64,000 nucleotides of DNA from an uncultured Magnetococcales bacterium. Its GTDB lineage: Bacteria > Pseudomonadota > Alphaproteobacteria > UBA2136. The notes below the pieces were generated by a model. The model had not been told where the DNA came from. It made no database searches and saw only the letters and a program-made list of their open reading frames with translations. How positions within the stretch are numbered: position 1 is the stretch's first letter; each line of letters opens with the position of its first letter. The position numbers and the translations under genes were made by a program. The DNA lies in contig CAXBBG010000001.1 of assembly GCA_963974105.1 (NCBI GenBank), forward strand, positions 706,793-770,792, given 5' to 3'. This document shows positions 38,592-47,536 of the stretch, one piece after another.

Positions 38592-39989
38592 ATGTTTCTT
38601 GAATGGCTCGATCCTGTATTGCTTGCACGCATTCAGTTTGCATTTACAATTTCATTTCACATTATTTTCCCAGCGTTTACTATAGGCCTTGCAAGTTGGC
38701 TTGCTGTGGTTGAATATTGTTACCTTAAAACAGGTAATAAAGCTTACGAGCAAATCTATAAAATGTGGGTTAAAATTTTCTCTGTTTGCTTTGGTTTAGG
38801 TGTTGTGTCAGGCGTGGTTATGAGTTACCAATTCGGTACAAACTGGTCTCTTTTTAGCGATAAAGTTGGAAACGTTATTGGCCCTTTATTAGGCTATGAA
38901 GTTCTCACAGCCTTCTTTCTTGAAGCTTCATTCTTAGGTATTATGCTTTTTGGTTGGGGACGTGTTAGCAAAAAAATGCATTTTGTATCTACCTGTATTG
39001 TCGCAATCGGCACGCTTATTTCTGCCTTTTGGATAATATCGGCTAATAGCTGGATGCAAACCCCTCAAGGTTTTGAATGGGGTCCTGACGGTCTGATGTA
39101 CCCAACAAACTGGATTGAAATTATTTTTAACCCTTCCTTTGTTCCAAGGCTATTTCATATGATTACAGCAGCCTATCTTACAACTGCCTTTGTTGTTGGC
39201 GGTGTTTCTTCTTACTACTTATGGAAGAAAATACATACACAACACGCTCGAATTATGCTTTTTATGGCTATGCTGATGGCTATATTTATAGCACCTCTTC
39301 AATTATTTATAGGGCATGAGCACGGCGCCAATACAATGGAGCATCAACCTATAAAAGTAGCAGCTATGGAGGGTAATTGGGAGCGTGGTACAAATAAACC
39401 TCTTTACTTGTTTGGATTACCTAACCAAACAGCTGAAACAACTGATTACGGCATAACTATTCCAAATGGTGCTAGCTGGGTACTAACAGGAAAACCTGAT
39501 GGGGAGATTCCTGGTCTAAAAGATGTATCTGCAGATAAAAGACCGCCAGTCGCAGTTGTTTTTTGGAGCTTTCGCATTATGGTTGGGCTAGGTTTTGCTA
39601 TGATTTTTACAGGTGTTGTCGCTGTTATTTTACTGTGGCGAAAAACGATATTCACTGATAAATGCTTCCATTTATGGTGTATGGCTATGACACCGAGCGG
39701 CTTTATAGCTGTTCTTGCAGGTTGGTTTGTAACAGAGGTGGGCAGGCAGCCTTACACCGTTTATGGTGTATTAAGAACCAGTAATAGCGTTTCACCTGTT
39801 ATTGCTGAACAAGTGTTCTTGTCATTAATTGCCTTCATTATCGTTTACACAGTGTTATTTGGTGCAGGCGTTTACTACATTTCAAAATTGATTGCTAAAG
39901 GCCCTGTAGTTGCTAAGGATGAAGGGATTTATCACGATCATTCTATCGAAGCTGCCTTAACTAAAAAACTTACAGAGAAAGATGACTAA
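38592..39989 (+). CDS. cydA: cytochrome bd ubiquinol oxidase subunit I
   Basis: MFLEWLDPVLLARIQFAFTISFHIIFPAFTIGLASWL… is the canonical CydA N-terminus. Short Q-loop type. Confidence 0.9.
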   Translation: MFLEWLDPVLLARIQFAFTISFHIIFPAFTIGLASWLAVVEYCYLKTGNKAYEQIYKMWVKIFSVCFGLGVVSGVVMSYQFGTNWSLFSDKVGNVIGPLLGYEVLTAFFLEASFLGIMLFGWGRVSKKMHFVSTCIVAIGTLISAFWIISANSWMQTPQGFEWGPDGLMYPTNWIEIIFNPSFVPRLFHMITAAYLTTAFVVGGVSSYYLWKKIHTQHARIMLFMAMLMAIFIAPLQLFIGHEHGANTMEHQPIKVAAMEGNWERGTNKPLYLFGLPNQTAETTDYGITIPNGASWVLTGKPDGEIPGLKDVSADKRPPVAVVFWSFRIMVGLGFAMIFTGVVAVILLWRKTIFTDKCFHLWCMAMTPSGFIAVLAGWFVTEVGRQPYTVYGVLRTSNSVSPVIAEQVFLSLIAFIIVYTVLFGAGVYYISKLIAKGPVVAKDEGIYHDHSIEAALTKKLTEKDD

Positions 39990-39991
39990 AC

Positions 39992-41014
39992 ATGTTTGAT
40001 TTTGCATCTTATATTGACCTGCCGCTTGTATGGTTTGGACTCATTTCAACTGCGGTATTTCTATATGTACTTTTAGACGGCTTTGATCTAGGGTGTGGTA
40101 TTCTTTTCCCATTTGCACCATCTGATAAATGCCGTAATAAAATAATGAACTCCATTGCACCTTTTTGGGATGGTAACGAAACTTGGCTTGTACTAGGAGG
40201 TGGAGGGTTGTTCGCAGCATTCCCATTGGCATATTCAATTATTATGCCGGCTCTTTACTTGCCAATCATCTTAATGCTTTTAGGGCTTATTTTTCGTGGA
40301 GTTGCTTTTGAATTTCGCTTTAAATCGCACAGTGAAAAAGAACAAAAAATTTGGGACACAGCCTTTCATGGTGGTTCCCTTCTTGCTGCATTAATGCAAG
40401 GGATTGTATTAGGGAATATTATTCAAGGTATTGAAGTGACGGAACGAAGTTTTTCTGGTGGCCCTTTAGATTGGGCTAATGGATTTGCATTTTTCACAGG
40501 TATTTCTCTTGTCTTTGGTTATGCGCTTATTGGTGCTGCATGGATGGTTATGAAAACCAATGGACAGACACAGGTATGGGCACGTAAAACAGGGCGTTAT
40601 GTTCTTGTTTTTGTTTTGCTAGCACTTATAATTGTTAGTGTTTCGATGCCTTTTATCGATGAAAGAATTTGGAATATATGGTTCACTACACCAAACATTT
40701 ATTACTTATTTCCATTGCCTTTAACCACTATGTTTTTAATTTATTTGCTAAGGAAAGACTTTGGAACAGACCGTGAAATCCGCCCTTTCTTGCTTAGTAT
40801 AACTATCTTTTTACTTGGGTTTATAGGGTTGGGTATTAGCCTATTCCCTTGGTTGGTACCATTTGAATTTACTATATGGGAAGCTGCCGCGGCAAGCACA
40901 TCACAATCTCTACTACTTGTAGGGACTGTTATCTTTTTACCAATCATTCTCACTTACACAGCTTATAGCTATTATATATTTAGAGGGAAAAGTGGTGACA
41001 AGCCAATGTATTAA
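39992..41014 (+). CDS. cydB: cytochrome bd ubiquinol oxidase subunit II
   Basis: Membrane protein immediately downstream of cydA with a CydB-like pattern (LDGFDLGCGILFPF…WDGNETWLVLGGG). Confidence 0.9.
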   Translation: MFDFASYIDLPLVWFGLISTAVFLYVLLDGFDLGCGILFPFAPSDKCRNKIMNSIAPFWDGNETWLVLGGGGLFAAFPLAYSIIMPALYLPIILMLLGLIFRGVAFEFRFKSHSEKEQKIWDTAFHGGSLLAALMQGIVLGNIIQGIEVTERSFSGGPLDWANGFAFFTGISLVFGYALIGAAWMVMKTNGQTQVWARKTGRYVLVFVLLALIIVSVSMPFIDERIWNIWFTTPNIYYLFPLPLTTMFLIYLLRKDFGTDREIRPFLLSITIFLLGFIGLGISLFPWLVPFEFTIWEAAAASTSQSLLLVGTVIFLPIILTYTAYSYYIFRGKSGDKPMY

Positions 41015-41141
41015 AAAGATTTTATCTCAGCTTAATAAGTCTCAAAAACAGTGGCTATGGTTCATAGCCCTGTGGTGCAGTGGTGCACTAGCCATGACAG
41101 TACTTTCATACGTCATCCGCCTAATTATGAATATAAAATAA
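40992..41141 (+). CDS. putative CydX-like small membrane subunit
   Basis: 49-codon ORF starting at GTG, with AGAGGG 4 nt upstream. It overlaps the last 23 nt of cydB. The hydrophobic core QKQWLWFIALWCSGALAMTVLSYVIRLIM resembles CydX (MWYFAWILGTLLACSFGV…). The start is uncertain. Confidence 0.3.
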   Translation: MVTSQCIKKILSQLNKSQKQWLWFIALWCSGALAMTVLSYVIRLIMNIK

Positions 41142-41212
41142 TTTAAGCGAAGACAGATAGCTCTATTTAAATGAGCCTTTTATTATACAATGCATTTGTG
41201 CAGATATATCAT

Positions 41213-41340
41213 TTAGTTTGGCACAGCCAACTCATTGCATTTTCCTGTAGGGTTTGAAATGCTGTAACGAATTGTGCTTTTACCCATAGCGCTGTAAAAG
41301 CTGTCAAACACAACTTTACTAAATGGTTGCATGGCCTGGC
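41213..41340 (-). pseudogene. umuC 3'-terminal gene fragment, ~40 codons
   Basis: The minus-strand translation MQPFSKVVFDSFYSAMGKSTIRYSISNPTGKCNELAVPN* aligns to the UmuC C-terminus IDKLNSAMGKHTLRFGISNPNGKWRNLCQHQ encoded at 33677..33800. Nucleotide similarity is also visible. Confidence 0.6.
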
Positions 41341-41484
41341 ATAGTGAATTGTCATTGTTTTTGCGTTATTATGAAGGTGTCTTAATTTGTAATGATTATC
41401 AATTGATTTTAAGTAGGGTGCAGGGTAAATTAGTCTTAATAATTATAGAGGGTTAGTGGTGCTGGCTTGTTTAAGGGGAAGAAG

Positions 41485-41823
41485 ATGAAAAATATAATAT
41501 TGGTAATTTTAATGTTTTTAACAACAGCATGTAATGCAAAAAGCGATGAATCTAGGTTTGAGGATTACAAAAATCAAGAAGAATTTGAGGCAAAAATAAA
41601 AGAAATGTTTCCTATCGGTGGTGATTTTGAGGATTTGAAAGGGCAGGTTTCTGAGGTACAGTGGGCAGAGAGTACACATGAGAAAAATTTATATGGCTTT
41701 ATTCATTCCAAAGGTGCTTGGTGGCCATTTTCTGCTCATTATTGGGTTGTGGGTATATCTATTGACCCAAAATCTAAGAAAATTTTAAAAGTTTCAGCAC
41801 AAAATTCAATAACACATTTATAA
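41485..41823 (+). CDS. small lipoprotein
   Basis: MKNIILVILMFLTTAC lipobox signal. GGGGAAG RBS upstream. The start was moved to the second Met. Confidence 0.5.
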   Translation: MKNIILVILMFLTTACNAKSDESRFEDYKNQEEFEAKIKEMFPIGGDFEDLKGQVSEVQWAESTHEKNLYGFIHSKGAWWPFSAHYWVVGISIDPKSKKILKVSAQNSITHL

Positions 41824-41954
41824 CGAAAAAGGTATAAAGGCAATGGCAAAAATTGCAGTTTGAGAGAAAAGGCGTAAATTCCCTGATAAATAAAAATATC
41901 AACCCACTTTTGTGGTGATTGCATGGCCGGAACGGCGCAGAAAGGCGGGGTTTT

Positions 41955-41992
41955 GCACATAAAAAAACAGCCCGAAGGCTGTTTTTAAGAAT
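41955..41992. terminator. bidirectional hairpin terminator, repeated element copy 2
   Basis: CATAAAAAAACAGCC-CGAA-GGCTGTTTTTAAGAAT matches 17676-17712 at about 35 of 38 positions. It lies between the lipoprotein gene and tRNA-Ala. Confidence 0.45.
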
Positions 41993-41993
41993 C

Positions 41994-42069
41994 TGGTGGA
42001 TCCTAACGGGATCGAACCGTTGACCTCCTGCATGCAAAGCAGGCGCTCTCCCATCTGAGCTAAGGACCC
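41994..42069 (-). tRNA. tRNA-Ala (anticodon UGC)
   Basis: The reverse complement is GGGTCCTTAGCTCAGATGGGAGAGCGCCTGCTTTGCATGCAGGAGGTCAACGGTTCGATCCCGTTAGGATCCACCA. It has the G3:U70 identity pair, a TGC anticodon loop, a T-loop GGTTCGATCC and an encoded CCA. Confidence 0.9.
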
Positions 42070-42202
42070 ATCGCTTAGTTGTTTTATCAACTTAACGAGT
42101 GGTTTATACACCGCCGGTATATTGAAATCAAGTGTTTTATTTAATTAATTTGATTTTTTTTGTAGCTCTTGCCTTGGCGTTTATTTAAAACAATGACTTA
42201 TC

Positions 42203-43039
42203 TTATAATATTTGCCCTAAATAATACCATTCACCGCCAGGTTTTGCTTGAATAGAGGGCATAATAATAACACCATCTATAGGGCTGATGAATTTTTTAT
42301 CACCAAGTTTACCTATAACGTCGCCCTTCTTTAATGTATCCATATTACTCCAAACTTTTACAAACTCCGCACCGTCTTCTTTGATAACAGTTTGTATGTA
42401 TTTGGCGCGTATAGGTTTTGGGAAGGGCTTGATGTCGTGCTTAACCATACCGAATGCTGACAATACATTTAATATGTTTTCATAAGCAACGTGAGGCGCT
42501 TCTGAACTTTTGTGTTGGCCACATTCAAGTGTGGCTGCAGCTGTATCGTGAATTTTGGCGTAACCTGTGGTGGACATTTGAGCCGTTTTTTTATATTTAC
42601 TACCCCAATCTGTGTATATGGTGTTTACGTGTAAGCTTCGTATTAAAGTTTTATTATCGTCTGATGGCATTTCTTCAAAAGTTGAAGGTGTGCTTTTTGA
42701 TGTCATTGAATGGATATCTAGTAAAATATCGCAGTTTTCTATCAGAGGGCAAAGGATATTGGCAATTTTTTGTTCGTTTGTTGTTGGTTTGGAATGCGGC
42801 ATTATACAACGGTTCAGATCTTGATCTATATAGCGTATTTCCGCATTATAAGCGGCTTGATTACAAATAGGAATAAAAGTAACCTGACCTTTCAATAGTT
42901 CAATAGAGCCGTCATTTAAGGCCTTCATGATATTGTTAATCGCAACGGTTCCGCATGTTTCGTTGCCGTGAATAGCGCCAAAAATAAGCACGTGCTTACC
43001 TTTTTTACTTGCTTTGTATGTGTAGTTTTTAATTTCCAT
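42203..43039 (-). CDS. succinylglutamate desuccinylase/aspartoacylase-family zinc hydrolase (AstE/AspA)
   Basis: HGNE zinc-binding motif (LIFGAIHGNETCG) and M14-like fold. Confidence 0.75.
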   Translation of the reverse strand: MEIKNYTYKASKKGKHVLIFGAIHGNETCGTVAINNIMKALNDGSIELLKGQVTFIPICNQAAYNAEIRYIDQDLNRCIMPHSKPTTNEQKIANILCPLIENCDILLDIHSMTSKSTPSTFEEMPSDDNKTLIRSLHVNTIYTDWGSKYKKTAQMSTTGYAKIHDTAAATLECGQHKSSEAPHVAYENILNVLSAFGMVKHDIKPFPKPIRAKYIQTVIKEDGAEFVKVWSNMDTLKKGDVIGKLGDKKFISPIDGVIIMPSIQAKPGGEWYYLGQIL

Positions 43040-43169
43040 ATGTAAAATGGTATAAGGGGTTGCTATGTAAGGTCAATGGAAAAGCTAGGCAGACGGTTTA
43101 TAAAATGTTAACCTACGTGCCATTGTAAACACTATTTATGGTATTAAAGAAACAAATTAAGGAAGCTTT

Positions 43170-44174
43170 ATGGCTTTTTATGACGGATTTTTAAAGGCAG
43201 AGTTGTCAGGTATATATACTATTTCAGATATCTGCCAAGGTATGTCATTTCGTACCTATAAGCGCGTTCATTTAAATGATAACACGACATATGTATTGAT
43301 GATTACGCCAACAGATAAACCTTTAGAAGATGGTCAATCCGCATTAGAAGGGGTTATTCGCCCTTTTATAAAAGTGAACCGTTATCTTGCGGATTTAGGG
43401 GTGCATGTACCTGAAATTAAAGCTGTAGATGAAGCTTTAGGCCTTGTTTTGCTTGAAGACTTTGGTCATGATACGTTTTATGACTTGTATCAAAGCCAGC
43501 CTGTTTCACTGTCTCATTACAAATCTGCTGTAGATATTTTAGTTAAACTATATAATAACACTTCCTTAGAAAATTTGCCAGAGTACGGGGAAAATTTGGC
43601 AACTATCCGCGGTGATTTCTTTTTAGATGACTATTTGCCAGCTCTTAGAGGGGGTGTTGCTTCCACACAGGCAGAATATGAAGAACTACATCGTATATTG
43701 AGTGAAATATATAACACTGTGACACAGGTGTCTTGGGGCACTATATTATGGGATTATCATAGCCCTAATCTTATGCCTACAGGGCAAAAAGGCGATAAAA
43801 TGGTGGGTGTTCTAGATTTTCAGGACGCAAAATACGGACCTCTTTCATATGATTTAGCAAGCCTACTTTACGATGCACGTTTCCCATTCCCTGCAAAGGA
43901 AAGGCAGGTTTTGTTTGATTACTTTGTAGAACAGGCAGGCGTAGATGACATTCAAGCTTTTAAAGATAGTTTTGAAATGGCAGGTCTCCTTAGAAATATA
44001 GGTGTTTTAGGACGCTTTGCACGCAGTGCTTACCGTGATGGCCGCCCTGAGTTTTTAAGTAAAATAGATATTTTGTGGCCTTATATCGATGAAGTATTAG
44101 AAAACCCCGTAGCGCTTGATTTGAAGAGTTTTTTAATGCGCGTGATGCCAAAAGAGCGCTTAATAGCAGTATAG
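43170..44174 (+). CDS. APH-fold phosphotransferase-family kinase
   Basis: The catalytic-loop motif HSPNLM and the DFQDAKYGPLSYDLASLLYD (DxxD) segment are typical of the aminoglycoside/anomeric-sugar kinase superfamily. Confidence 0.7.
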   Translation: MAFYDGFLKAELSGIYTISDICQGMSFRTYKRVHLNDNTTYVLMITPTDKPLEDGQSALEGVIRPFIKVNRYLADLGVHVPEIKAVDEALGLVLLEDFGHDTFYDLYQSQPVSLSHYKSAVDILVKLYNNTSLENLPEYGENLATIRGDFFLDDYLPALRGGVASTQAEYEELHRILSEIYNTVTQVSWGTILWDYHSPNLMPTGQKGDKMVGVLDFQDAKYGPLSYDLASLLYDARFPFPAKERQVLFDYFVEQAGVDDIQAFKDSFEMAGLLRNIGVLGRFARSAYRDGRPEFLSKIDILWPYIDEVLENPVALDLKSFLMRVMPKERLIAV

Positions 44175-44181
44175 GTGTTTT

Positions 44182-44532
44182 ATGACAACTGAAAATAAAT
44201 CTCAATTTTGGATAAAATTTGTTTTATTGTTTGGTTTTTTATTGCAATTTTTTATCGCCTTTTTGTTTTTTTATCTCTCAAAAGGTTTTGACCTGTTCTC
44301 TATTATGGGGACAAATATTAACCTGTTGCTACGCTTGTTATTTAGTTTAATGGTTGCAGCTCCGCTTGGGTTTATGGCCGCCAATCTCATTTTTCATCAT
44401 TTACCATTTGTGCGACAAGAAATGAAAAAAGTGGGTGACTATAAGGCTACTCAAATTATTTTGTTAAAGTTACTTTGTGTCAGCCTTTTTTTTGTTGGGG
44501 TGGTGAGCTTGGCGGCTTATTTCTTTATATAA
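44182..44532 (+). CDS. small membrane protein
   Basis: 116 aa with three or four hydrophobic helices. It follows the kinase directly. Confidence 0.4.
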   Translation: MTTENKSQFWIKFVLLFGFLLQFFIAFLFFYLSKGFDLFSIMGTNINLLLRLLFSLMVAAPLGFMAANLIFHHLPFVRQEMKKVGDYKATQIILLKLLCVSLFFVGVVSLAAYFFI

Positions 44533-44608
44533 ATTTATTAAGCCTTCCACTTTCAGAGTTTATGTTAAAATAATCTAACTTATAATTTTAAATTAAAAGG
44601 TAAGTTTT

Positions 44609-45349
44609 ATGTATTTACGTTTAGCAGAAGATAGGGGCTTTGCCCGTATGCATGACGGTGGCATTGAAAGTTTTCATAGTTTCTCCTTTGGGCACTATTG
44701 GGATAAAAATCATATGGGTTATTCTGCCTTGCGTGTTATTAACGACGATGTTTTTAAGCCTCAGCAAGGGTTTGATACCCATGAACATAGTGATATGGAA
44801 ATATTAACCTATGTAACAAAGGGCGCTTTGACGCATGAAGATACTTTAGGGCATAAAGAGGTTATTCAAGCGGGGCATGTCCAGTTGATGCGTGCAGGAA
44901 CAGGGATTGCGCACAGTGAATTTAATGCCAGTAAAACGGATTCGGTTAAATTATTACAAATTTGGATTAAGCCAAATAAAAAAGGTCTTAAACCTGCATA
45001 TGGAACAATGACGGTACCGCCACATGAAGGGTTAAAACTGATAGCGAATAATCAACCCAATGCGCAGCAACAAGGTCATTTGTATATAGCGCAAGACGCT
45101 CAAATTTTTATAGGGCATGAATCAAGAGACGCTGAAATAGTTTATAATATCGCTAAGGGCAGGCAAATCTATATGCACCTTATCAGAGGTGAATTGTGTT
45201 TGAATGAGGCACATTGGTTAGATGAAGAGGTGTATTTAGCCGCAGGTGACGGTCTTGGCCTTAAAAGTGAACATGACAAATTACATATACATGCCTTAAA
45301 GGGTGTAGAATATATTTTGTTTGACTTACCAGAGGATGTTTCTCTTTAA
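44609..45349 (+). CDS. pirin-family cupin protein
   Basis: Metal-binding His pattern HxH…H…E (GFDTHEHSDMEILTYV…GTGIAHSEFN). Confidence 0.85.
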   Translation: MYLRLAEDRGFARMHDGGIESFHSFSFGHYWDKNHMGYSALRVINDDVFKPQQGFDTHEHSDMEILTYVTKGALTHEDTLGHKEVIQAGHVQLMRAGTGIAHSEFNASKTDSVKLLQIWIKPNKKGLKPAYGTMTVPPHEGLKLIANNQPNAQQQGHLYIAQDAQIFIGHESRDAEIVYNIAKGRQIYMHLIRGELCLNEAHWLDEEVYLAAGDGLGLKSEHDKLHIHALKGVEYILFDLPEDVSL

Positions 45350-45356
45350 ATTACAT

Positions 45357-45725
45357 TTAATTAATGTGTTGTGGGTGGCTTGTGTCAGGCAATGCAGCAC
45401 GGCTTTCAAAGGCTTTGTTGATACGACGCATCGCAAACTCATTGGGGGCTTGACCTCCATCTGGATGGTAAATTTTTGTGAGTAGCTTGCGCACGCGGGC
45501 ACATTCTGCGACACCAGCTGTGGGTGATGTCCCTAGAATTTCCCACCAAATTGCTTCTGTCTTTGTATTTTTAGCGTCAGCCAATTCTTTGTCTTTTTTA
45601 ATATTTATGAAAATACCCATTATGTAAAAAACTGCAAAAATATAAACAGCAAATTGCGCAGGCACAAAAATTACAATGGATATAATCATAATATGGGTCA
45701 AAATAGATTCGAGTCGTGTTTGCAT
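45357..45725 (-). CDS. membrane protein with a C-terminal J-domain-like segment
   Basis: N-terminal TM helices. The C-terminal part carries an HPD motif in J-domain context (VRKLLTKIYHPDGGQ…AMRRINKAFE). Confidence 0.5.
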   Translation of the reverse strand: MQTRLESILTHIMIISIVIFVPAQFAVYIFAVFYIMGIFINIKKDKELADAKNTKTEAIWWEILGTSPTAGVAECARVRKLLTKIYHPDGGQAPNEFAMRRINKAFESRAALPDTSHPQHIN

Positions 45726-45847
45726 TTATGCCAAGCCGTTTATAATTAAAAGATATTCGATTGTAAAAGATTTGCTATTTGTTTGCACTTCAAAACCGTA
45801 AATAGTAATATTTTAGATATATTTAATAATAAAAATAAGGTGGTTTT

Positions 45848-46600
45848 ATGAAGGTTTTAGTACCCATTAAACATGCAGTTGATGCATATGTACGCATTCG
45901 CGTTAAGTCTGATAATACAGGGGTTGATACATCAGGCCTGAAACATTCAATAAATCCATTTTGTGAAATTGCTGTCGAAGAAGCTGTACGTTTAAAAGAA
46001 GCGGGTAGTGTCAGTGAAATTATAACGATAACGATTGGCGGTGATACATCACAAGAATCTCTGCGTAAGTCTCTTGCGATGGGGGCTGACCGATCTATCC
46101 ACATCAAAACGGTAGACGCTGTTGAGCCTTTGGCTATTGCGAAAATTTTAAAAGAAATTGTTAGTAAAGAAAACCCCGACATTGTTATGTTGGGCAAACA
46201 AACTATTGATGGTGATAATAACCAAACAGCTCAAATGTTGGCGGCGCTTTTAAATTGGCCCCAAGCAACATTTGCTTCTAAAATTACAGTGGCAGGTGAA
46301 AATTTGACGGTTGAACGTGAGGTAGATGCAGGGGAAGAAACATTGTCAGTTAAACTACCTGCGGTTGTGAGTGTCGATTTGCGACTAAACGAACCACGTA
46401 ACGTGACTTTACCAAACTTGATGAAGGCTAAACAAAAAACAATTGAAGTCATAGATATTGACAGCCTTGGTGTTAACGTGACTGCGCGCACAAAAACCCT
46501 TAAAGTAATGGAACCTGCAAAGCGTAGTGCAGGCGTTATGGTTTCATCTGTTCAAGAATTGGTTGAAAAATTACGAAACGAAGCAAAGGTAATAAGTTAA
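45848..46600 (+). CDS. etfB: electron transfer flavoprotein beta subunit
   Basis: [23 protein letters not shown]…[16 protein letters not shown] is the canonical EtfB pattern. Confidence 0.9.
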   Translation: MKVLVPIKHAVDAYVRIRVKSDNTGVDTSGLKHSINPFCEIAVEEAVRLKEAGSVSEIITITIGGDTSQESLRKSLAMGADRSIHIKTVDAVEPLAIAKILKEIVSKENPDIVMLGKQTIDGDNNQTAQMLAALLNWPQATFASKITVAGENLTVEREVDAGEETLSVKLPAVVSVDLRLNEPRNVTLPNLMKAKQKTIEVIDIDSLGVNVTARTKTLKVMEPAKRSAGVMVSSVQELVEKLRNEAKVIS

Positions 46601-47535
46601 TGAGTATTTTAGTAATTGCAGAGCATGATCATAAATGTTTAAGCGTTGGTAGCCTTTGTACGTTAACGGCAGCGCAAGAATTAGGCGGGAGTATTACTGT
46701 TTTAGTGGCAGGCGAAAATGCAGATAGTGCAGCAAAGCATGCAGCAAGTTTGCAAGGTGTTTCTAAAGTCATTTATGTCAATGATGCTTTATATGCTCAT
46801 AGTCTTGCAGAAAATATGGCAAACCTTATTGTGGCTCAATCAAAAGGTATGTCTCACATTTTAGCACCGGCTTCAACATTTGGTAAAAATATTTTGCCGC
46901 GGGTTTCAGCCTTGATGGATGTGCAAATGATAAGTGATATTACTAAAATAATTGATGCGGATACATTTGAACGCCCTATTTATGCAGGCAATGCAATTGC
47001 AACGGTGCAAAGCTTAGATAAAGTGAAGCTGTTAACGGTGCGACCTACCGCTTTTGATAAAGCGCAAACGGCAGGCGCAGAAACGGCAATTGAATCGGGA
47101 GCAAAAGCACAAGGCTTTGCCAAAACAGCTTTTGTTTCGCACAAATTAAGTGACAGTGAAAAGCCACAATTAACAAGCGCAAATGTTGTTGTTTCGGGTG
47201 GTCGTGGCATGAAAGAAGCGGCGAACTTTGCTATGCTTGAAGAGTTAGCGGAAAAACTTGGTGGAGGTGCTATTGGTGCCTCACGTGCGGCGGTTGATGT
47301 GGGCTGGGTACCAAATGACTATCAAGTAGGGCAAACAGGTAAGGTTGTTGCACCTGACTTGTATGTCGCGGTTGGTATTTCTGGCGCTATTCAACACCTT
47401 GCAGGTATGAAAGATTCTAAAGTTATTGTGGCGATTAACAAGGATGAAAATGCGCCTATTTTTGAAGTAGCTTCTTACGGGCTTGTAGCTGATTTATTTG
47501 ATGCGGTACCAGAGCTTATTAAAGAGTTAGGATAA
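46600..47535 (+). CDS. etfA: electron transfer flavoprotein alpha subunit
   Basis: FAD-binding C-domain (…[91 protein letters not shown]). Confidence 0.9.
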   Translation: MSILVIAEHDHKCLSVGSLCTLTAAQELGGSITVLVAGENADSAAKHAASLQGVSKVIYVNDALYAHSLAENMANLIVAQSKGMSHILAPASTFGKNILPRVSALMDVQMISDITKIIDADTFERPIYAGNAIATVQSLDKVKLLTVRPTAFDKAQTAGAETAIESGAKAQGFAKTAFVSHKLSDSEKPQLTSANVVVSGGRGMKEAANFAMLEELAEKLGGGAIGASRAAVDVGWVPNDYQVGQTGKVVAPDLYVAVGISGAIQHLAGMKDSKVIVAINKDENAPIFEVASYGLVADLFDAVPELIKELG

Positions 47536-47536
47536 T

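Noticed and set aside
41899-42111. 70-aa minus-strand ORF.
   Set aside because: It completely overlaps the tRNA-Ala gene. Translation gives low-complexity sequence.
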